Assembly: GCA_003161435.1 (NCBI GenBank)
Contig: PMOS01000038.1
Location: 36,605 to 100,604 of the forward strand
Direction: 5' to 3'
Length of the DNA stretch: 64,000 nt
From: Vulcanimicrobiota bacterium
GTDB taxonomy: Bacteria; Vulcanimicrobiota; Vulcanimicrobiia; Vulcanimicrobiales; Vulcanimicrobiaceae
Shown here: positions 9,913-20,586 of the stretch, in pieces
How the letters are laid out: every line of letters begins with the position of its first letter
Position numbering within the stretch: the first letter of the stretch is position 1
The notes under the pieces: generated by a model
What the model was told of the DNA's origin: nothing
The model's input: only the letters and a program-made list of their open reading frames with translations
The model's database searches: none
Position numbers and translations under genes: made by a program

Positions 9913-10512
9913 GTGAGTCCTCGAGCCTACCAGCGGCGCAGGCGGGAAGACGCCACGGCCGCGACGCGCGGCCGGATCATCGCGGCGGCGCTTGAGCTCC
10001 TCACCGAGCCGGACGGCGTCGTGAACTTTTCGATCGACGCGATCGCTCGTCGCGCGGACGTCGCTCGCATGACCGTCTATTACCAGTTCAAGTCGAAACG
10101 CGGCCTGATCGAAGCGCTCTTCGACGATCTCGGCGCACGAGCGCAGTTGAGCGAGTTAGGAAAAGCGATCGGCGACCCCGATGCGCTTCGAGGACTCGAT
10201 ACGTTCATCGAAGCCTTCGTTCGCTTCTGGGCGGCGGATCGCGTCGTCATCTACCGGCTCGGCGCCCTGGCTGCGCTCGACGGGGAGATCCAGCGAGCGT
10301 TACGCGAGCGTCGCGGCTGGCGCCGCGAAGGTATCGAAAAAATCGTAGAACGCACCAACGCGGCGGGAAACGACGACGTCATCGACGCGCTCTTCATGTT
10401 GACCAGCTTCGAGACGTTCGACACGCTTACCAGCTCTGCTCGAACGCCGGCGGACGTGTCGCGCATCGTAAAAGCGTTGGCGCGCGCAACGGTCGCCGGG
10501 ACGCCGGCGTAG
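9913..10512 (+). CDS. TetR/AcrR family transcriptional regulator
   Basis: HTH FSIDAIARRADVARMTVYYQFKSKRGL. Confidence 0.9.
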   Translation: MSPRAYQRRRREDATAATRGRIIAAALELLTEPDGVVNFSIDAIARRADVARMTVYYQFKSKRGLIEALFDDLGARAQLSELGKAIGDPDALRGLDTFIEAFVRFWAADRVVIYRLGALAALDGEIQRALRERRGWRREGIEKIVERTNAAGNDDVIDALFMLTSFETFDTLTSSARTPADVSRIVKALARATVAGTPA

Positions 10513-10513
10513 G

Positions 10514-11158
10514 CTAGGCGGCCTTCGCGAGACGGCGGCGCAGCGCGCGCGCATACGAGGTCGTCCACCAGATCAGCGCGCCGAAGGTGACGACTTGCAG
10601 CAGCGGGGACACGATGGTCGACGTCGTCACCGGCAGCGTGAACGCAGCGATGACGCGCAACACGGCTTCGAGGAGCAAGCCGCAGCCCCAGACCGCCGTG
10701 ATCAACCGGATCGTGCGCCGAAAACCCGGTTGCGACCAGCGCACCTCCCAGGCCGCCATTGCCGCCGGATCGCCGCCGCTCGAGAACTGCCGGCCGAGAT
10801 GGAAGATCATCGGTCGCGGCGCCAACAACGATCCGAGGAAGAGCAGCCCGAACACGATCGTGAACAGCGAGTCCTTGGCGACCGCGAAACCCGCGTTCCC
10901 GGTGATCCCCGCGGTCCCGATACCGACCACGATCGCGATCAGCGAGAGGACCGCGATCGGGTCGAAACGGCGCTTGCGCACCAGGCCGGCGACCGCATCG
11001 CCGAACGGGAAGATCGCCGCGATCGCCAGCGCGGTCACGGCCGGCGTCCCGGTGCGCAACAGCAGCTGCACGGTGATCAGCGGTAATGCGACGCTGACGA
11101 TCAGACTGCGGTAGAGCGGGCCGAAGCGCGGCGCGAAGTGGTCAGGCGAGCTCTGCAT
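10514..11158 (-). CDS. VC0807-family membrane protein
   Basis: About 6 TM segments; KDSLFT...GSLLAPRP, FRRTIRLITAVWG...EAVLR. Confidence 0.7.
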   Translation of the reverse strand: MQSSPDHFAPRFGPLYRSLIVSVALPLITVQLLLRTGTPAVTALAIAAIFPFGDAVAGLVRKRRFDPIAVLSLIAIVVGIGTAGITGNAGFAVAKDSLFTIVFGLLFLGSLLAPRPMIFHLGRQFSSGGDPAAMAAWEVRWSQPGFRRTIRLITAVWGCGLLLEAVLRVIAAFTLPVTTSTIVSPLLQVVTFGALIWWTTSYARALRRRLAKAA

Positions 11159-12485
11159 CGTCGATCCAGTTTCCGTGGAAGCCGAACGGCACCCGTTGGG
11201 GCAGCGCGATCGTTGCAACCGGCGGTCCGGCCGGATCAGAGGCATCGAGGAGCACGAAGTCGCTCGCATCGCGCGCGGCGTCCTAAACGAACGCCATCAG
11301 CCAGCCCGCGTCTTCGGCCGTTTCGCTCGCCGACGGGACGAAGACCGGCTCGCCGGCGAACCGGCCGGCGCCGAAGTCGTGCACGACCGACGTGCCGGTT
11401 GCGAGGTCGTACTTTCGCACGCCGCATCCGTCCTCGCCGCGAGTCATGTCGACCGTGTAACCGTAGCGATACGCGCTGCCCGTGCGGCGTTCGTCCGCGC
11501 GCGGAAATTCGATCCGGCGATCGTCGAGTTGGGTTTCCCCAACGCGCCCCGCGGCCATGTCGATCGTCCAGCGATACAAGGCGGCGGGCTCGAACGTCGT
11601 CGCGTCGTTGCGCCACAGCTCGGGATAGCGCACGACGTCGCACACGATCGACTCACCCTCGTCGTACGCGTTCATCACGTGGAACACGTAGCACGGCTCG
11701 ACGTCGAACCAGCGCACGTCACCCTGTAAGTCGTCGCGGCGCAGAACGCCGACGCGTGCGCCGTAGGAATCGCTCCAGCGGTACGGCATGCGGCCCGTCA
11801 TGGCGCGAACGACATCGAACACGATCGGGAGATCCAAGAACACGATATGCCGGTCGGTCAGCGCGAAGTCGTGCATCATCGTCGCGCCGCGCACCGGGAT
11901 CGGCCGGCTTTCGAGCAGCGTTCCGTCCGCACCGATGCGGTGGTACGTCAGCTTGCCAGGAAACGATCGCATCCCGAAGGCGTGCAGCTCGCCGGTGCGC
12001 GGGCAGCGCTTCGGGTGCGCAGTGAACGGCGTCGTCAACCTCCCGCCGAAATCGTACGCGCCGACGGTGTCGAGCCGCGGCGTCACCTCGCACGGAAACG
12101 ACGACTCGACCAGCGCGAGGACGCGGCCGGCGTGCGCGATCACGTTCGTGTTCGCCGCCCCGACGGTGAGATCGAGCGTGCCGTTCGCCCGCACGTACCG
12201 CGCGCCGGTCTCGAAGCTGCGCGTACGCACCCAGCGATTGCGGTACCACGCCGCCTTGCCGCCGGCGAGTTCCAGGCCGTGCAGCATGCCGGGCGCCAGA
12301 AACGCGTGCATCTTCTCGCCGGGCCGTGGGTTGGGTCCGTTCCGCAGGAACTGGCCGGTCAGCTCGGGCGCGATCGATCCTTGGACCGGCAAGGCAAACG
12401 TTTCGAGCTCGTCGACGACCGGGGTGCGATAGGCGGACGCCGGCGACTTGCGGGAGGCGGTCGACTGGTGTATCGTCGCATTCAT
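11142..12485 (-). pseudogene. Carotenoid oxygenase family (RPE65-like) dioxygenase with in-frame TAG at 11283-11285
   Basis: RNGPNP, FTAHPK, MMHDF, YVFH; after the TAG the frame continues DAARDASDFVLLDA...RVPFGFHGNW to TGA at 11142. Confidence 0.85.
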
Positions 12486-12492
12486 GTATCGT

Positions 12493-12520
12493 ATCTTACA
12501 TGTCGAATTTGACATGTCAA
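12493..12520 (-). promoter_or_regulatory. PadR-type operator overlapping a probably leaderless sigma70 promoter of the oxygenase gene
   Basis: ACATGTC-GAATTT-GACATGT inverted repeat (contains ATGT-N8-ACAT); minus-strand TTGACA-16nt-TAAGAT ends 7 nt before ATG 12485. Confidence 0.65.
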
Positions 12521-12542
12521 GACTTTCAGGTGGTGAAGTCCG

Positions 12543-13088
12543 GTGAAGGTCAGCACGCTCGGGCACGCGCTTTTGGGCCTGCTGTCGGCCCAGCCGATGA
12601 CCGGCTACGATCTGACCGCCGCCTTCGACCAGAGCCTGGCCAACGTCTGGTCCGCCCGGCACAGCCAGATCTATCCCGAGCTGGCCAAGCTCGTCGGGGC
12701 CGGCCTGATCGAGCAGACCGAGGCGGGGCCGCGCGGAAGCAAGCGATACGCGGCCACCGCGGCCGGTGAAGCGGAGGTGCGTCACTGGCTCCAAGGGCGC
12801 GCGCCGGGCGACGCCCTGCGCAGCGAACGGTTGCTGCGCGTCTTCTTTCTCTGGATGCTGCGCCCGGCCGACGCGGCCGCCTACCTACGAGCCGAAGCTG
12901 TGCGCCACCGCGAGCAAGTCGCGCGCTACGAAAGTGTCGGCAACGAGATCCCGGTCGAACGGCACCCGGCCGATCGCTGGGGACGGATCGCGCTCGAAGC
13001 CGGGATTCGTTACGAGAACACGATGGCCGAGTGGGCGCTCTGGGCGGCGGACGAGATCGAAGGCGGGGGACCCGTGCCGGTCACGTAA
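12543..13088 (+). CDS. PadR family transcriptional regulator with Vir_act_alpha_C-like C-terminus
   Basis: ALLGLLSAQPMTGYDL, WSARHSQIYPELAKL, KRYAATAAG. Confidence 0.9.
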   Translation: MKVSTLGHALLGLLSAQPMTGYDLTAAFDQSLANVWSARHSQIYPELAKLVGAGLIEQTEAGPRGSKRYAATAAGEAEVRHWLQGRAPGDALRSERLLRVFFLWMLRPADAAAYLRAEAVRHREQVARYESVGNEIPVERHPADRWGRIALEAGIRYENTMAEWALWAADEIEGGGPVPVT

Positions 13089-15303
13089 GCCGAACGTCGA
13101 ATCCTCCGCCTTGCAGCGAGGCGACGAACGCCGCCAGCCGCATCGGTCGGGCGATGAAATACCCCTGCGCCGCGGTGCACGTCGTGCCGCGCAGCCACTC
13201 GATCTGCTCGGCGGTTTCGACCCCTTCGGCGACCGTCGCGCACCCGAACTGCGCCGCGATCGCCAGCAGCGTCTCGACCAGGGCTCGATCGTTCGCGTCG
13301 CGTCCGATCCCTTCGACGAACGAGCGATCGATCTTCATGACGTCGATCGGAAAGCGCTTCAGGTACGCCAGCGACGAATAGCCGGTTCCGAAATCGTCGA
13401 TCGCGATGCGCAGGCCCAGTCGCCGCAGCTCCAAGAGCGCGTCCTGCGTCCGCTCGAAGTCGAGCATCGCCGCGTTCTCGGTGATCTCCACCCCGAGCTT
13501 GTCGGACGCTTGCGGATGGAGTGCGAGCACCTCACCCAACCAGGTGACGAACTCACCGTCGTCGATCGTGCGCGCCGACAAGTTGAAATAGCATCGAAAG
13601 CCGGCACCGGCGTCGGCGAACGCGCCGATCTGCCCGATCGTCCGCTGCGCGACCCAACGATCGATGTCGCGAATGCTGCCTTCTTGTTGCGCGAAGGGGA
13701 TGAACTCGTCGGGAGCCAGCAACCCGCGCACCGGATGGTTCCAGCGCAGCAGCGCCTCCGCCCCGGTCACGCGCATCGTGGCGAGCGAGACGGTGGGCTG
13801 ATAGAACAGCTCGAACTCGTCCCGCTCGATGGCGTCGCGCAGCTCCGCGCGCAACACGCGACGATGCGAGACGAGTCGCTCGATCTCGCGATCGAAGTAC
13901 GCGACGCGGCCCGGACCGCGCGCTTTGGCGGCCCGCAGCGCGGACGTCGCGTTGGTGAGGATCTTCTCGAACGTCGTCCCGTCGTCGGGCGAGGTCGCAA
14001 TGCCGAAGCCGGCCGTCACACGCGCCGACATGCGGCCGTCCCGATCGCCCAACCCGAACGGCCGCTCGAAGATCGCGTGCCATGCGTCGACCCGCCGCTG
14101 CGTCGTTGCGCGGTCGTTGCCGGGAAGCAACAATCCGAAGCTGTCGCCTTCGAGCCGCGCGACGAGTTCGCCCGGCTGCAGTTCCGCGGCGAACGCCGCA
14201 CCGACTTCGACCAGAACCGCGTCGGCGACCAAGTGCCCCAACGCCTCGTTGACGGCGTCGAACGCGTCGAGGTCGATGACCACCAGCGTGCAGGCGTGCT
14301 GCTCGTCGATCGCGTGGTGGACGGCTTGGCGCAATCCCGCCCGATTCGGCAGGGCGGTCAGCCGATCGTGACCGATCTGGTGGACGAGTTGACGGCGCAG
14401 CCGCGACTGGCTCAGGCGCGAAGCGAAGAACCCGCCGAGAATCTCGACGAACGCTTCGTCCTCGGCGGTGAACCGCTCGGCCTCCGGCGCATCCGACACG
14501 AACGCGAGCACGTACCGTTCTTCGGCGACGTCGACCGGTACGCCGATCGCGCTCGACGACTCGTCGCTCCAACCGATCGAACGGCGTGCGCGTAAGACGC
14601 GCGCCTCGACCGAGCCTTCGAGCGGGAAACGCGTTCCGGCCGGGCCTCCGCCGGATTCGGTGGCGGCCCGCGGCTCCGGCGTCACCGCGTCGATCACGAC
14701 GTCGCCGCCTTCGACGTGGCTCAAGCGCGCGACGAACCGCACGCCGGCGGCGATTCCCGCCGCGCCCGCGCGCAGCATCGCAAACAGCCGGGACTCTTCG
14801 TCGATTGCCGGATCGGTCGCAAGTCGCCACACTTCGGTGAGGCGTTGCGCGTGATGCGCGGCCCGATGTCGTTGGCTGACGTCGCGGATCGACGAGATGA
14901 TGATGCGGTCGCCTTCGACCCAAGCCGTGCGCGCCAGAACCTCGACCGGAAACGTCGTCCCGTCCTTGCGCACGTGAATGGTTTCGAACATCGTGCCCTG
15001 CGCGGCGGCCGCGTCGATGACGTTGCGCGCGATGATCGCCTCAGTCCCGGGGAGCCGGAGATCGGCGACGGTGATCTGCCTGAGCTCCGCTCTCGTGTAG
15101 CCGTAGGCACGAGCCGCGGCATCGTTCGCGTCGAGGATCCGCAGCGTGCGCTGATCGCTGAACAGAATGATCTCGGTCGTGATGCCGAAGAACAGGTCGT
15201 AACGCACGCGAGCGGTGATCTGCGGCGGCTCGTGCGCGGACGAGCGCGGACCGAGCGTCCCAGCGACGCGCCGCACCAGATTCCCGAACAACGGTACTTC
15301 CAA
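13081..15303 (-). CDS. PAS/GAF-like/GGDEF-EAL c-di-GMP signalling protein, probable phosphodiesterase
   Basis: PAS RKDGTTFPVEV; degenerate GGDEF (EGDSF); intact EAL, DDFGTGYSSL, KIDRSF, EGVE. Confidence 0.88.
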   Translation of the reverse strand: MEVPLFGNLVRRVAGTLGPRSSAHEPPQITARVRYDLFFGITTEIILFSDQRTLRILDANDAAARAYGYTRAELRQITVADLRLPGTEAIIARNVIDAAAAQGTMFETIHVRKDGTTFPVEVLARTAWVEGDRIIISSIRDVSQRHRAAHHAQRLTEVWRLATDPAIDEESRLFAMLRAGAAGIAAGVRFVARLSHVEGGDVVIDAVTPEPRAATESGGGPAGTRFPLEGSVEARVLRARRSIGWSDESSSAIGVPVDVAEERYVLAFVSDAPEAERFTAEDEAFVEILGGFFASRLSQSRLRRQLVHQIGHDRLTALPNRAGLRQAVHHAIDEQHACTLVVIDLDAFDAVNEALGHLVADAVLVEVGAAFAAELQPGELVARLEGDSFGLLLPGNDRATTQRRVDAWHAIFERPFGLGDRDGRMSARVTAGFGIATSPDDGTTFEKILTNATSALRAAKARGPGRVAYFDREIERLVSHRRVLRAELRDAIERDEFELFYQPTVSLATMRVTGAEALLRWNHPVRGLLAPDEFIPFAQQEGSIRDIDRWVAQRTIGQIGAFADAGAGFRCYFNLSARTIDDGEFVTWLGEVLALHPQASDKLGVEITENAAMLDFERTQDALLELRRLGLRIAIDDFGTGYSSLAYLKRFPIDVMKIDRSFVEGIGRDANDRALVETLLAIAAQFGCATVAEGVETAEQIEWLRGTTCTAAQGYFIARPMRLAAFVASLQGGGFDVRLT

Positions 15304-15412
15304 GATCTCACCCGTGAGCAGAAGCCTAAGTGTGCGGTTCTAAACAAACGCCCGCTCGCCCTCGTTCAGGCGAGCATTAGCTTACTCGTGTTGTCGTTCT
15401 CCCTCGCGGACG

Positions 15413-17467
15413 CTATGTGCCGATCAGCTCCTTGAGGGCGTGCTGGAAGATCTTGGGTGCTTTGCCCTGGAACAGCACGCCTTCGTTGCCGCCGATCTGC
15501 TTGCGCAAGTTGACCAGTTCGTCGCGTAGCGCCGCGGCTTTCTCGAATTCGAGGTTTGCGGCTGCTTCGCGCATCTTGCGCTCGATCTCCTTGGCCATCG
15601 CTTCGGCGACCTCGCGCGGAAGGTGTTCGGCGCGGACCGCATTGGCTGCGTCCGCGCCGCCCTGCGCGCCGCCGACCAGGCTGAGGATGTCGTGCACTTC
15701 TTTACGGATCGACTTCGGCTCGATCCCGTGCTCGAGGTTGTACGCAACCTGCATCTCGCGCCGGCGGCGGGTTTCGCCCAGCGCTCGAGCCATCGACTCC
15801 GTCACGACGTCGGCGTACATGATGACCTTGCCCTCGACGTTGCGCGCGGCGCGGCCGATCGTCTGGATCAGCGACGTCCCAGAACGCAAGTACCCCTCTT
15901 TGTCGGCATCGAGGATCCCGACCAGCGAAACCTCGGGCAGATCGAGCCCTTCGCGCAGTAGATTGATTCCGACCAACACGTCGAACTCACCGCGGCGCAG
16001 GTCGCGCAGGATCGCGATCCGCTCGAGCGTCTCGACCTCGCTGTGCAGGTAGCGCACGCGAATCCCGTTCTCGATCAGATACTCGGTCAGGTCCTCGGCC
16101 ATCTTCTTCGTCAGCGTCGTGACCAGGATGCGCTCGTTCTTCTCCGCGCGTTTGCGGATCTCGTCCATCAGGTCGTCGACCTGATGGCGCGTCGGACGAA
16201 CCTCGACTTCGGGATCGACCAGTCCGGTCGGCCGGATGATCATCTCGGCAATCTGCGAGGACCGGCCCATCTCATACGTCGACGGAGTCGCCGAGACATA
16301 CACGACCTGCTTGACGTGGCGGTCGAACTCGTCGTACGTCAGCGGGCGGTTGTCGAGCGCCGACGGGAGCCGAAATCCGTGCTTGACCAGCTCGAGCTTG
16401 CGCGAACGGTCCCCTCCGTACATGCCGTGGACCTGCGGCAGGGTGACGTGCGACTCGTCGACCAGCAGCAGCCAGTCGTCCGGCGGAAAGAAATCCAACA
16501 GGCACCACGGCTGCGAGCCGGGCTCGCGGCCCGACAACGGCCCCGAGTAGTTCTCGACGCCGTTGCAGTAGCCGACCTCGCGCAGCATGTCGAGGTCGTA
16601 GCGCGTGCGCTGCTCGAGCCGCTGCGCTTCGAGCAGCTTCCCCTCGCTGCGGAACAATCGCAGCCGCTCCTCGAGCTCGTTCTCGATCGAGATGACCGCT
16701 CGGCGCAGCTTCTCGTCGGGCGTGATGTAGTGCTTGGCGGGAAAGATCTTGAGCTCGTCCTTCGACTCGACGTACTCGCCGGTGAGCTGGTTGACGACGG
16801 TGATCGCGGTGATCTCGTCGCCGAAGAACTCGATGCGGTGCACCAGCTCCTCGTCTACCGCGACAAACTCGAGCGTGTCGCCGCGCACGCGGAAGGTGCC
16901 GCGAATGAGGTTGAGGTCGTTGCGGCGGTACTGCATCCCGATGAGCTGGCGCAAGAACTCGTCGCGGTTGATCGACTGGCCGACGCGGATGTCGGCCGCC
17001 ATCTCGATGTAGTCGGCCGGCGAGCCGAGCCCGAAGATGCACGAAACCGACGCCACGATCAGCGTGTCGGGCCGCGTCAGCAGCGACTGGGTCGCCGAGT
17101 GGCGCAGCCGTTCGATCTCGTCGTTGATCGAGCTGTCCTTGGCGATGTACGTGTCGGTGTGCGCGATGTACGCTTCGGGCTGGTAGTAGTCGAAGTACGA
17201 GACGAAGTACTCGACCGCGTTCTTCGGAAAGAACTCGCGGAACTCGGCGCACAGCTGGGCAGCGAGCGTCTTGTTGTGCGAAAGCACCAGGGTCGGCTTC
17301 TGCACGAGCTCGACCACCCGCGCCATCGCCATGGTCTTGCCCGAGCCGGTCACGCCTAGCAGCGTCTGCGCGCGGTCGCCGCGCAGGATGCCCTCGGCCA
17401 GCTTCTGCGTCGCGATGGGCTGGTCGCCGGCCAGCGGGTAGGTCGAAACGAGCTCGAATTTGGGCAT
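15413..17467 (-). CDS. uvrB: Excinuclease ABC subunit B
   Basis: [36 protein letters not shown]-terminal UVR coil. Confidence 0.98.
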   Translation of the reverse strand: MPKFELVSTYPLAGDQPIATQKLAEGILRGDRAQTLLGVTGSGKTMAMARVVELVQKPTLVLSHNKTLAAQLCAEFREFFPKNAVEYFVSYFDYYQPEAYIAHTDTYIAKDSSINDEIERLRHSATQSLLTRPDTLIVASVSCIFGLGSPADYIEMAADIRVGQSINRDEFLRQLIGMQYRRNDLNLIRGTFRVRGDTLEFVAVDEELVHRIEFFGDEITAITVVNQLTGEYVESKDELKIFPAKHYITPDEKLRRAVISIENELEERLRLFRSEGKLLEAQRLEQRTRYDLDMLREVGYCNGVENYSGPLSGREPGSQPWCLLDFFPPDDWLLLVDESHVTLPQVHGMYGGDRSRKLELVKHGFRLPSALDNRPLTYDEFDRHVKQVVYVSATPSTYEMGRSSQIAEMIIRPTGLVDPEVEVRPTRHQVDDLMDEIRKRAEKNERILVTTLTKKMAEDLTEYLIENGIRVRYLHSEVETLERIAILRDLRRGEFDVLVGINLLREGLDLPEVSLVGILDADKEGYLRSGTSLIQTIGRAARNVEGKVIMYADVVTESMARALGETRRRREMQVAYNLEHGIEPKSIRKEVHDILSLVGGAQGGADAANAVRAEHLPREVAEAMAKEIERKMREAAANLEFEKAAALRDELVNLRKQIGGNEGVLFQGKAPKIFQHALKELIGT

Positions 17468-17604
17468 GAGACTCTTCCTAAGACCCGGTCGCGGGCGGCG
17501 CGGTTGAGCGCCGCGCCCAGGACCCTGCGGCTCGGTTGCCGCAGGTAGCTCGGCTTCCCCTTGGCGCTCAGGCGCCGTCCGGAGGCAGAAGGAGTCCAGT
17601 CCTC

Positions 17605-18651
17605 GTGATCCAGCCGCCCCTGTTGTTCAGCGGCACCTCGAACCGCCTGCTCGCGGACGAGATCGCAAAGAAGATGCAGACGCGCGTCGGCAACGCGCTG
17701 GTCGACCGGTTCAAGAACGACGAGTGCCGAATCGAGATCCGGGAGAACGTGCGGGGCGCCGAGGTCTTCGTCGTGCAGTCCCTGTGCCGCTCCTCGCAAG
17801 GCGCGACCGTCAACGATGCGATTATGGAGCTGCTGCTGATCATCGACGCGCTGCGGCGCGCCTCGGCGAACCGCATCACCGCGGTGATCCCGTACTACGG
17901 GTACGCCAAGCAGGACAAGAAGACCAAAGGCCGCGAGCCGATCTCGGCCAAGCTGGTCGCCAACATGATCGAGAACGCGGGCGCCGAGCGCATCGTGACG
18001 CTCGATCTCCACGCGGCGCAGATCCAGGGTTTCTTCGACATCCCCGTCGACAACCTGATGGCCGCGCCGACGCTGTGCAACTATCTCAAGAACCAGGACT
18101 TGCAGGGCGACTCGATCGTGGTCGTCTCGCCGGACGCCGGCGGCGTGCCGCGCGCCGAGACGTTCGCGAAGCGGCTCAAATCGAATCTTGCCGTCATCAT
18201 CAAGCGGCGGCCCGAGCCCGACGTCTCCGAGGTGACCCACATCGTGGGCGACGTCGAGGGCAAGATCGCCGTGGTCGTCGACGACATGATCTCGACCGGC
18301 GGGACGCTGGTCAAGGCCGCGGAGGCGCTGCGTAAGCGCGGCGCGACCGACGTGTACACGCTGGCGACCCACGGCATCTTCGCCGGCGACGCCATAGCGC
18401 AGTTCGAGCGCTCCGAAATAAGCAAGGTGATCGTAACGAACACGATCCCGCGCACCATCGACTCGACGAAGGTCGAGCACCTCACCATCGCGCAGATTTT
18501 GGCCGACGCCATCAAGCGCATCACGTCGAACCGGTCCGTCTCCGAGCTCTTCAACGCCGAAGACTCCGGCGATCCACCGCCCGATCACCCTCCGCCTGCG
18601 ACCGCACCGCCCGAGCTGCCCGTCGTCGCAGCAGTCGTGGGTTCGCGCTGA
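17605..18651 (+). CDS. prs: Ribose-phosphate pyrophosphokinase with Pro-rich C-terminal tail
   Basis: [37 protein letters not shown]; GTG start after AAGGAG. Confidence 0.97.
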   Translation: MIQPPLLFSGTSNRLLADEIAKKMQTRVGNALVDRFKNDECRIEIRENVRGAEVFVVQSLCRSSQGATVNDAIMELLLIIDALRRASANRITAVIPYYGYAKQDKKTKGREPISAKLVANMIENAGAERIVTLDLHAAQIQGFFDIPVDNLMAAPTLCNYLKNQDLQGDSIVVVSPDAGGVPRAETFAKRLKSNLAVIIKRRPEPDVSEVTHIVGDVEGKIAVVVDDMISTGGTLVKAAEALRKRGATDVYTLATHGIFAGDAIAQFERSEISKVIVTNTIPRTIDSTKVEHLTIAQILADAIKRITSNRSVSELFNAEDSGDPPPDHPPPATAPPELPVVAAVVGSR

Positions 18652-18719
18652 AGCGCGAACCCTTCGCGTTCGGCCCTTCGGGCCGAGACGCCGCAACATC
18701 CGAATAGAATATAAGGAAC

Positions 18720-19349
18720 ATGGCGAAACAGCATACGATCTCCAAGCTCACCCTCGAGCCGCGCACGCATGTCGGAACGACCAGCGCGCACGCGCTGCGG
18801 CGCGCCGGCAAGATCCCGGGCGTCGTGTACGGCCACGGCCAGCCGACGCCGATCAGCGTCGACGCCAAAGTGCTCGCCGACCTGATCCACTCGGGCCAGA
18901 AGAGCCGCATCGTCGACGCGATGATCGGCGACGCGAGCGATTCGGTGCTGCTGCGCCGCGTCGAGGCGGACCCGATCACCCGCAAGCCGCTGAGCGTCGA
19001 CTTTCAGCGCGTCACGCGCGACGAGGCGATCAGCTCGAGCGTCACGATCGTGACCACCGGCACGCCGCGCGGCGTCCGCGATGAAGGCGGCGTCATGGAC
19101 GTCATCACGCACGCGCTGGAGATCAAGGGCCCGGCTCAGTCGATCCCCGACAACCTCACGATCGACGTGAGCGAGCTGGGCGTGCACGAGCACGTCACCG
19201 CCGGAGAGATCGCGCTGCCGAAGGGCTTCACGCTCATCACGCCGGCCGAAACCGTCGTCGTTTCGGTCGAGGTGACGCGCGCAGAGGTGAGCGAAGGGGT
19301 CACCGAAGCGGTTGTCGAGGCGGCGCCCGTAGACGCACCCACCGCGTAG
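18720..19349 (+). CDS. rplY: 50S ribosomal protein L25/Ctc (long form)
   Basis: LRRAGKIPGVVYG, two-domain Ctc layout, prs-rplY-pth synteny. Confidence 0.95.
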   Translation: MAKQHTISKLTLEPRTHVGTTSAHALRRAGKIPGVVYGHGQPTPISVDAKVLADLIHSGQKSRIVDAMIGDASDSVLLRRVEADPITRKPLSVDFQRVTRDEAISSSVTIVTTGTPRGVRDEGGVMDVITHALEIKGPAQSIPDNLTIDVSELGVHEHVTAGEIALPKGFTLITPAETVVVSVEVTRAEVSEGVTEAVVEAAPVDAPTA

Positions 19350-19370
19350 CGCACTGCCTCCGGCATCTGA

Positions 19371-19943
19371 ATGGATGACGGTCTCAAGCTGATCGTGGGG
19401 CTCGGGAATCCGGGCCCCAAGTATGCGCTCACGCGTCACAATGCGGGCTTCATCGTGCTCGACACGTTGGCGGCGCGCTGGGGCGTGTACGATTGGCAGA
19501 AGCGCTTCGATGCACGATACGCGCTCGACCGGTCCCGCCACGCGGTACTGATCGAGCCGCAATCGTACATGAATCTGAGCGGGCGTCCGGTGCAGGCGTT
19601 CGCGACGTTCTACAAAGTGCCGCCGCCGCACATCCTGGTCGTCGTCGACGATCTCGATCTGCCGCTGGGGACCCTGCGCATGCGCGCCGAGGGTTCCAGC
19701 GGCGGCCATAACGGGCTCAAGTCGCTGATCGACGTGTTCGGCACGGGGTTCCCGCGACTGCGCGTCGGGATCGGGCGCGGGCACTCGCCCGACGCGATCG
19801 ATCGCGTCTTAACCGCATTCACAGAATCCGAACGAGCCGTGCTCGACGCGGTCGTGGACCGCGCGATCGCCGGCACCGAAATGTGGCTGGCCCAGGGTGT
19901 GATGCAGGCCATGAATGTCGTGAACGCCAAAGGGCCAAACTAA
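19371..19943 (+). CDS. pth: Peptidyl-tRNA hydrolase
   Basis: IVGLGNPG, TRHNAGF, YMNLSG, GGHNGLKS, RLRVGIGR. Confidence 0.97.
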   Translation: MDDGLKLIVGLGNPGPKYALTRHNAGFIVLDTLAARWGVYDWQKRFDARYALDRSRHAVLIEPQSYMNLSGRPVQAFATFYKVPPPHILVVVDDLDLPLGTLRMRAEGSSGGHNGLKSLIDVFGTGFPRLRVGIGRGHSPDAIDRVLTAFTESERAVLDAVVDRAIAGTEMWLAQGVMQAMNVVNAKGPN

Positions 19944-19977
19944 AGTCAACCCTCTGCCATTCCGAAATCTTAGGAGT

Positions 19978-20475
19978 ATGCACCGGGTCGCCGCATTACT
20001 CTCGGCGGTCGTCGCGTTGAGCCCGCTCATCGCCACAGCGTCGGAAGAAGACTCCATTCAGCTTGCCTATAATCGCCCGCATCCGCCAGCCGTGGTTGCC
20101 AGCGAAGAGCGCGAGCTCTTCGACGACGTCAACGCGGCGCGGGCCCGCCGGAGGCTTCCGCCGCTCGTGCCGGACCCGGAGCTTTCGGATTTCGCACGGC
20201 AGATCGCCGAAGACATGGCCGAGCGCCACTACTTCGGGCACACCGATCCTCAGGGGCGTACGTTCCAGGATCGCCTGCGCCGCGCGCGCCTGGACTACCG
20301 CTTCGCCTGCGAGAACATGGCGTTCGACCAAGACGAGCAATCCGCCAACGCCGCGTTTCTCCACAGCCCGGGCCACTACCAGAACATCGTCGACCCGCAC
20401 TCGCACCGGCTCGGCGTCGCGGTCGTCGCCGCCGGCGACGGCGAGGTGTTCTACGTCGAGGAATTCTCCGATTGA
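19978..20475 (+). CDS. Secreted CAP (SCP) domain protein
   Basis: Signal peptide, VNAARARRRLPPL, YFGH, ENMA, SPGHYQNI. Confidence 0.85.
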   Translation: MHRVAALLSAVVALSPLIATASEEDSIQLAYNRPHPPAVVASEERELFDDVNAARARRRLPPLVPDPELSDFARQIAEDMAERHYFGHTDPQGRTFQDRLRRARLDYRFACENMAFDQDEQSANAAFLHSPGHYQNIVDPHSHRLGVAVVAAGDGEVFYVEEFSD

Positions 20476-20586
20476 GTGGTGTGTTCGCGCAAAGTGCGCG
20501 AACACGCCTGACGCTGAGCCGACGGGCTAGGCCCGGGGGTGAACCGTTCGCGCGGTGGCGCGCGTTTTCGGGAAAAGGGGGATGCG

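Noticed and set aside
11283-11285. Genome-wide TAG recoding or pyrrolysine
   Set aside because: TAG is the normal stop of uvrB, glmU, rplY and rplT here; no pyl genes in the window
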